Positions 8,294 through 13,007 of a DNA stretch of 13,007 nt are shown one piece after another (position 1 is the stretch's first letter; each line of letters opens with the position of its first letter). The position numbers and the translations under genes were made by a program. Location of the stretch: positions 1 through 13,007 of the forward strand of contig NW_021826452.1 of the NCBI RefSeq assembly GCF_006345805.1, read 5' to 3'. Source of the stretch: Octopus sinensis. Lineage: Eukaryota. Under the pieces are notes generated by a model. It did no database searches and was not told where the DNA came from. It saw only the letters and a list, made by a program, of their open reading frames with translations.

Positions 8294-8600
8294 GTGGAGG
8301 CGCAATGGCCTAGTGGTTAGGGCAGCGGACTCGCGGTCGCAGGATCGCGGTTTCGATTCCCAGACCGGGCGTTGTGAGTGTTTATTGAGCGAAAACACCT
8401 AAAAGCTCCACGAGGCTCCAGCAGGGGGTGGTGGTGATCCCTGCTGTTCTCTTTCACCACTCTTTCTCCCACTCTTTCTTCTGTTGGCCTGCTCGCTTAG
8501 CCAGCAGGGTGGCGTCATTCGAAGGCTAAAACAATGCGAACGCATTGTGACCAGCGATGTGTAACAACATCTGATAGCCTGGTCGGTCACGTGACGTGAT
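8294..8600 (+). mobile_element. SINE family C (tRNA-derived), tail variant 1
   Basis: gtggaggcgcaatggcctagtggttagggcagcggactcgcgg with A-box TGGCCTAGTGG and B-box GTTTCGATTCC. Possible short TSD tacataca. Confidence 0.85.
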
Positions 8601-8675
8601 TACATACAGACAAGGCACATACTTAGACGAATTTAGCGAATAATTTATAAATAAATATACAAATATATTCTCTCA

Positions 8676-8848
8676 TTCTTTCATTTGTTTCAGTCATTTG
8701 ACTGTGGCCATGCTGGAGCAGCCGCCTTTAGTCTTATTCTCCCGGTCTCTTTTGCCGAACCGCTAAGTTACGGTGACGTAAGCACACCCGCATCGGTTGT
8801 CAAGCGATGTTGGGGAGACAAACACAGACACGCAAACATATACACACG

Positions 8849-8882
<34 letters not shown>

Positions 8883-9051
8883 TATATACGACGGGCTTCT
8901 TCCAGTTTCTGTCTACCAAATCCACTCACAAGGCTTTGGTCGGCCCGAGGCTATAGTAGAAGACACTTGCCCAAGGTGCCACGCAGTGAGACCGAACCCG
9001 GAACCATGTGGTTCATAAGCAAGCTACTTACCACACAGCCACACGTGCACC
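8676..9051 (-). mobile_element. SINE family A, near full length, inverted
   Basis: Reverse complement of the 7367 and 9192 copies, with a deletion in the 3' half. Confidence 0.9.
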
Positions 9052-9191
9052 TAATATTATTAATAAATAATAATAATGTTAGTGGCATTTCAAAGCGTTA
9101 ACCGTGTAGGCAAGTTAAAAAAAATATGATGGTACAGGAAGAGTACCAGCTTTGCTGGGGATAGAAATCATTTGACCTCAAAAGCCACAGA

Positions 9192-9593
9192 GGCGCAGGA
9201 GTGGCTGTGTTGTAAGTAGCTTGTTTACCAACCACATGGTTCCGGGTTCAGTTCCACTGCGTGGCACCTTGGGCAAGTGTCTTCTACTATAGCATCGGGC
9301 CGACCAAAGCCTTGTGAGTGGATTTGGTTGACGGAAACTGAAAGAAGCCCGTCGTATATATGTATATATATATATGCGTGTGTGTGTTTGTGTGTCTGTG
9401 TTTATCCCCCCAACATTGTTTGACAACCGATGCTGGTGTGTTTATGTCCCCGTTACTTAGCGGTTCGGCAAAAAGCGACCGATAGAATAAGTACTGGGCT
9501 TACAAAAGAATAAGTCCCGGGGTCGAGTTGCTCGATTAAAGGCGGTGCTCCAGCATGGCCGCAGTCAAATGACTGAAACAAGTAAAAGAGTAA
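9192..9593 (+). mobile_element. SINE family A, full length
   Basis: Complete head-to-tail match to the other copies. Confidence 0.9.
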
Positions 9594-9600
9594 AGAGAGA

Positions 9601-9665
<65 letters not shown>
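9594..9665. repeat. (GA)n microsatellite contiguous with the SINE A tail
   Basis: Seen directly. Confidence 0.95.
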
Positions 9666-9672
<7 letters not shown>

Positions 9673-9673
9673 A

Positions 9674-9733
9674 AACTTAACTGAGGAAGGGATAAGAATT
9701 GTTTAATCCAGAGCCCGAAACCGGTATCAAGTT
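9674..9733 (+). ncRNA. Minimal type I hammerhead ribozyme motif (second, unrelated sequence family)
   Basis: Stem I aacttaa/tcaagtt (6 of 7 pairs); CTGAGGA 9681-9687 plus an extra A; stem II GGG...CCC with a 22-nt loop; GAAA 9717-9720; palindromic stem III ACCGGT; GUA triplet (cut predicted after 9726). Confidence 0.65.
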
Positions 9734-9809
9734 ATCTGCCATCCTCTGTGACCTTCGCAAATGTAGTACCCTAAATATATGTGTATATATTTATGTGTGT
9801 GTGTGTCTG

Positions 9810-9997
9810 CGTTTGTTCCCCGCCATCGCTTGACAACCGATGCCCCCCTCGTAACTTAGCGGTTCGGCAAAAGATTCCGATAGAATAAATAGTAGGCTTA
9901 CATAGAATAATTCCTGGGGTTGATTTCATTGACTAAAACCTTTTCAGGCGGTGTTCCAGCATGGCCACAGTCAAATGACTGAAACAAGTAAAAAAAA
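9810..9997 (+). mobile_element. SINE family A, degenerate 3' half
   Basis: catcgcttgacaaccgatg...gtaacttagcggttcggcaaaa...cagcatggccacagtcaaatgactgaaacaagtaaaa. Confidence 0.8.
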
Positions 9998-10008
9998 TAA
10001 TAATTAAG

Positions 10009-10153
10009 AAGCTTGTTTCCCAACCACATGGTTCCGGGTTCAGTCCCACTGCGTGGCACCTTGGGCAAGTGTCTTCTACTATAGCCTCGGGTCGACCAAG
10101 GTCATGTGAGTGGAATTGGTAGACGGAAACTGAAAGAAGCCCGTCATGTATAT

Positions 10154-10189
<36 letters not shown>

Positions 10190-10221
10190 CTTATGTGTGT
10201 GTGAGTGTATGTTTGTGTTTG
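10009..10221 (+). mobile_element. SINE family A, 5' half
   Basis: caaccacatggttccgggttcagtcccactgcgtggcaccttgggcaagtg...gaaagaagcccgtc followed by (TA)n(TG)n. Confidence 0.85.
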
Positions 10222-10438
10222 TGCGGCAATCAAATTTTCAGCATTCAGTGTGGATTTCAACACCATCTTCATCCTTTTTTGAAACGCCTCGCTGACCTTC
10301 ACTTTCATTTCTCAGTGTAGAATGTCATCCAGCTCCAAAATCCCTAAATATCTATACCCACTACCATCAGGTTCACCCATTGTCTCTCCTGGTGGTAATC
10401 CCAATCCTCTGCAGGATGCTAATCCCAAATTCCATACC

Positions 10439-11043
10439 TATTTCTTTATTACCCACAAGGGGCTAAACATAGAGGGGACAAACAAGGACAGACATTGGTA
10501 TTAAGTCGATTGCATCGACCCCAGTGTGTTACTGGTACTTAATTTATCGACCCTGAAAGGATGAAAGGCAAAGTCGACCTCGGCGGAATTTGAACTCAAA
10601 ACGTAACGACAGACGAAATACCTATTTCTATTTCTTTATTACCCACAAGGGGCTAAACATAGAGGGGACAAACAAGGAAAGACAAAGGGATTAAGTCGAT
10701 TACATCGACCCCAGTGCGAAACTGGTACTTTATTTATCGACCCCGAAAGGATGAAAGGCAAAGTCGACCTCAGCGGAATTTGAACTCAGAACGTAACAAC
10801 AGACGAAATACCTATTTCTTTATTACCCACAAGGGGCTAAACACAGAGGGGACAAACAAGGACAGACATAGGTATTAAGTCGATTACATCGACCCCAGTG
10901 CGTAACTGGTATTTAATTTATCGACCCCGAAAGGATGAAAGGCAAAGTCGACCTCGGCGGAATTTGAACTCAGAACGTAATGACAGACGAAATACGGCTA
11001 CGCATTTCGCCCGGCGTGCTAACGTTTCTGCCAGCTCGCCGCC
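10439..11043 (-). mobile_element. SINE family B head-to-tail trimer (one head, three body-plus-tail units) flanked by a 19-20-bp TSD
   Basis: Three tail copies (rc ctatttctttattacccacaagggg). CTAATCCCAAATTCCATACC occurs at 10419-10438 and again at 11043-11062. Confidence 0.9.
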
Positions 11044-11229
11044 TAATCCCAAATTCCATACCGATGTCCCTACCACACCCCTGGACTGTTTTCGTTAAGG
11101 AATCTATCAGTTTTTCAGATTTCCCAAACAATTTCAGGTCATCCATAAACAGAAGAAGGCTTAATGATAGGCCTTTCTTCCCACATCGGTAGCCCATCTT
11201 AATTTTCCTAAGTGTCATTAGTGCAGTTA

Positions 11230-11611
11230 GTGGAGGCGCAATGGCCCAGTGGTTAGGGCAGCGGACTCGCGGTCGTAGGATCGTGGTTTCGAATCCCAGA
11301 CTGGTCGTTGTGAGTGTTTATTGAGCGAAAAGACCTAAAGTTCCACGAGGCTCCGGCAGGGGATGGTGGTGATCCCTGCTGTACTCTTTCACCACAACTT
11401 TCTCTCACTCTTACTTCCTGTTTCTGTTGTACCTGTATTTCAAAGGGCCGGCCTTGTCACTCTCTGTGTCACGCTGAATATCCCCGAGAACTACGTTAAG
11501 GGTACACGTGTCTGTGGAGTGCTCAGCCACTTACACGTTAATTTCACGAGCAGGCTGTTCCGTTGATCGGATCAACCGGAACCCTCGTCGTCGTAACCGA
11601 CGGAGTGCTTC
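11230..11611 (+). mobile_element. SINE family C, full length, tail variant 2, with a 14-bp TSD
   Basis: CATTAGTGCAGTTA at 11216-11229 and 11612-11625. Removing the insert rejoins the RT text FVTALM|TLRKIKMGY. Confidence 0.9.
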
Positions 11612-12180
11612 CATTAGTGCAGTTACAAATAGTAACGAAGAAAACGAGTCACCTTGGAAGATTCCCGTTTGAATATTAACTTCTCCAAGGAATACATTAC
11701 TTGAGTACAATTTAGTTTTCATCTCTTTCATGCTATGCATCAGAAAATTTGTGATGTTGTCAGCAACACCAAACATCTGCAGGAATTCAACGATCCAAGA
11801 ATGAGGCATCATATCATATGCCTTCTTAAAGTCAATCCAAGCCACAGACATGTTTGCATGATGTTTTCTAGAATGCCTCAAAACTGTTTTATCGATGACC
11901 AGGTGATCCTTGGTACCCTGAGAACTCTTCCCACATCCTTTTTGTTCCCTTGGTAGTATTTCTTTCTGTGCCAGGAAAGTATGGCTTTGTTGCACGTATT
12001 CTAGTGAGTATCTTCCAGATTATGTTTAGGCATGCTATGGGACGGTAGTTTCTCACAATATTCCTCACAATATTCTCACAATATTCATTTATTATAAGTG
12101 TTGTCCTTCCAGTCACCATCCACGCGGGGACTGTACCTAATTGTGGTGATCAATGTATCTTCATCTTCTGTTAGCCACTA

Positions 12181-12355
12181 CGCACATTTTTTTCTCTCCT
12201 TGTTTCTCTCCTTGTTTTCTGTGTCCCTTTCTGTAGAAGAGCGTTAGGCACGAAACGTAAAAGACTTTTTCTATTCCTGAGCGTTATACTAATACATCTG
12301 TTTGTTTTGTACACCACTTGTCTTCGTCTTTTGTTTTTTCCGTAAACTCTCCCTA
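12181..12355 (+). mobile_element. Probable non-autonomous Penelope-like end with a degenerate hammerhead-like motif, ending at (TA)n
   Basis: cttt-CTGTAGA-A-GAGC-gttag-GCAC-GAAACGTA-aaag at 12227-12263. A T-rich body runs into (TA)n. Confidence 0.45.
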
Positions 12356-12417
12356 TATATATATATTATGTGTGTGTGTGTGGTGTGTGTGTTTGTGTGC
12401 GTGTGTGTGTGTGTATT

Positions 12418-12573
12418 GGCGCAATGACCCAGTGGTTAGGGCAGTTGACTTGCGGTCGTAGGATCGCGGTTTCGATTCCCAGACCGGGCGTTGTGAGTGT
12501 TTATTGAGCGAAAACACCTAAAGCTCCACGAGGCTCCGGCAGAGGGTGGTGGCGATCCCTGCTGTACTCTTTC
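12418..12573 (+). mobile_element. SINE family C, 5' part only
   Basis: Matches the 8294 and 11230 copies up to ctgctgtactctttc, then diverges. Confidence 0.85.
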
Positions 12574-12856
12574 GCAGACATATGACGTGAAAAATCAGGA
12601 AGACTTTCTCACCCAAAACCTAGCATCGGAAGTTAAACGAATCCATAAAGCCTCCGACGTGAATGTGATACTATTGTGATCGGTGCACTTTGGATCCAAG
12701 AGGGCATTATTTGGGTAGCAAATGCCAACTGTCTTAGGAAGTCTCAGATGGCAGCAATACTTGGAACGGCTCATGTGTTGAGAAAACGTTGCCTTTCTGA
12801 GCTGCGGGATAGAGCCGAGACTGATATATATATATATAAATCAGGAGAGGTTAAGG

Positions 12857-12857
<1 letters not shown>
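12574..12857 (+). pseudogene. 3' end of an R4/Dong-type retrotransposon: decayed restriction-like endonuclease C-terminus and short 3' UTR
   Basis: Across a frameshift it reads NLASEVKRIHKASDVNVI..IVIGAL...SQMAAILGTAHVLRK, resembling the R4-clade C-terminal DLA.E...VIP.VIGALG...LGTA.ILRK pattern. (TAA)n follows immediately. Confidence 0.7.
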
Positions 12858-12894
<37 letters not shown>

Positions 12895-12953
12895 TATAAT
12901 ATAATAATATAATAATAATAATAAAAATATAATAATAATAATAATAATAATAA
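12858..12953. repeat. (TAA)n microsatellite, likely the tail or target of the Dong-like element
   Basis: Seen directly. Dong elements are known to insert in TAA repeats. Confidence 0.9.
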
Positions 12954-13007
12954 GTCCTTAGCACCGTGGAGTATAAATTAAGACATGACAGAGTTGGCCA
13001 ATATCTC

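Larger units (their letters stand above)
10222..12180 (-). pseudogene. Decayed reverse-transcriptase region of an R4/Dong-clade (RLE) non-LTR retrotransposon, interrupted by two SINE insertions
   Basis: Minus-strand motifs in order: PAWMVTGRTTLI, NYRPIACL, EQKGC, DHLVIDK, WIDFKKAYDMMPHSWI, GIFQGDSFSSLLF, LLFMDDLKLF, DIGMEFG, GYRYLGILE, VLKSTLNAENLIAA. Frameshifts, stops and small deletions are present. Confidence 0.85.

Noticed and set aside
8294-8370. tRNA genes at SINE heads (also 11230, 12418 and the family A/B heads)
   Set aside because: A/B boxes are present, but I could not fold a full cloverleaf with an acceptor stem, and each continues into a repeated SINE body.
9052-9191. Possible second GPCR exon in the unique AT-rich gap
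   Set aside because: No acceptor followed by an (I/V)SY-A-S/T-like frame and no class C similarity in the frames I read.
10439-11043. CRISPR-like or satellite array
   Set aside because: The units are ~185-bp SINE bodies with no unique spacers, in a eukaryotic context.

Overview
Eukaryotic (animal) genomic DNA, most likely an octopus or other coleoid cephalopod. That assignment is inferred from my recollection of the SINE families plus the extreme microsatellite density, not from a search. The only host gene is the first coding exon (ATG 1033 to splice donor after 3225, + strand) of a class C GPCR (mGluR/CaSR-like Venus-flytrap receptor). It is unusual in three ways: a ~450-aa, ~40% Gln segment between the signal peptide and the flytrap, a ~125-aa Thr-rich loop insert, and a pocket that lacks the mGluR glutamate-binding Arg. 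The rest (3226-13007) looks like intron, and no second exon was found. It is a mosaic of three tRNA-derived SINE families (here A, B, C), two 3' ends of one LINE, decayed R4/Dong-type retrotransposon pieces, two long fold-back palindromes and microsatellites. The most notable non-coding signal is a set of minimal type I hammerhead-ribozyme motifs of the Penelope-like-element kind: 7917-7964 with its exact antisense mirror at 7863-7910, 9674-9733, and a degenerate one at 12227-12263. All family and clade assignments were made by eye.
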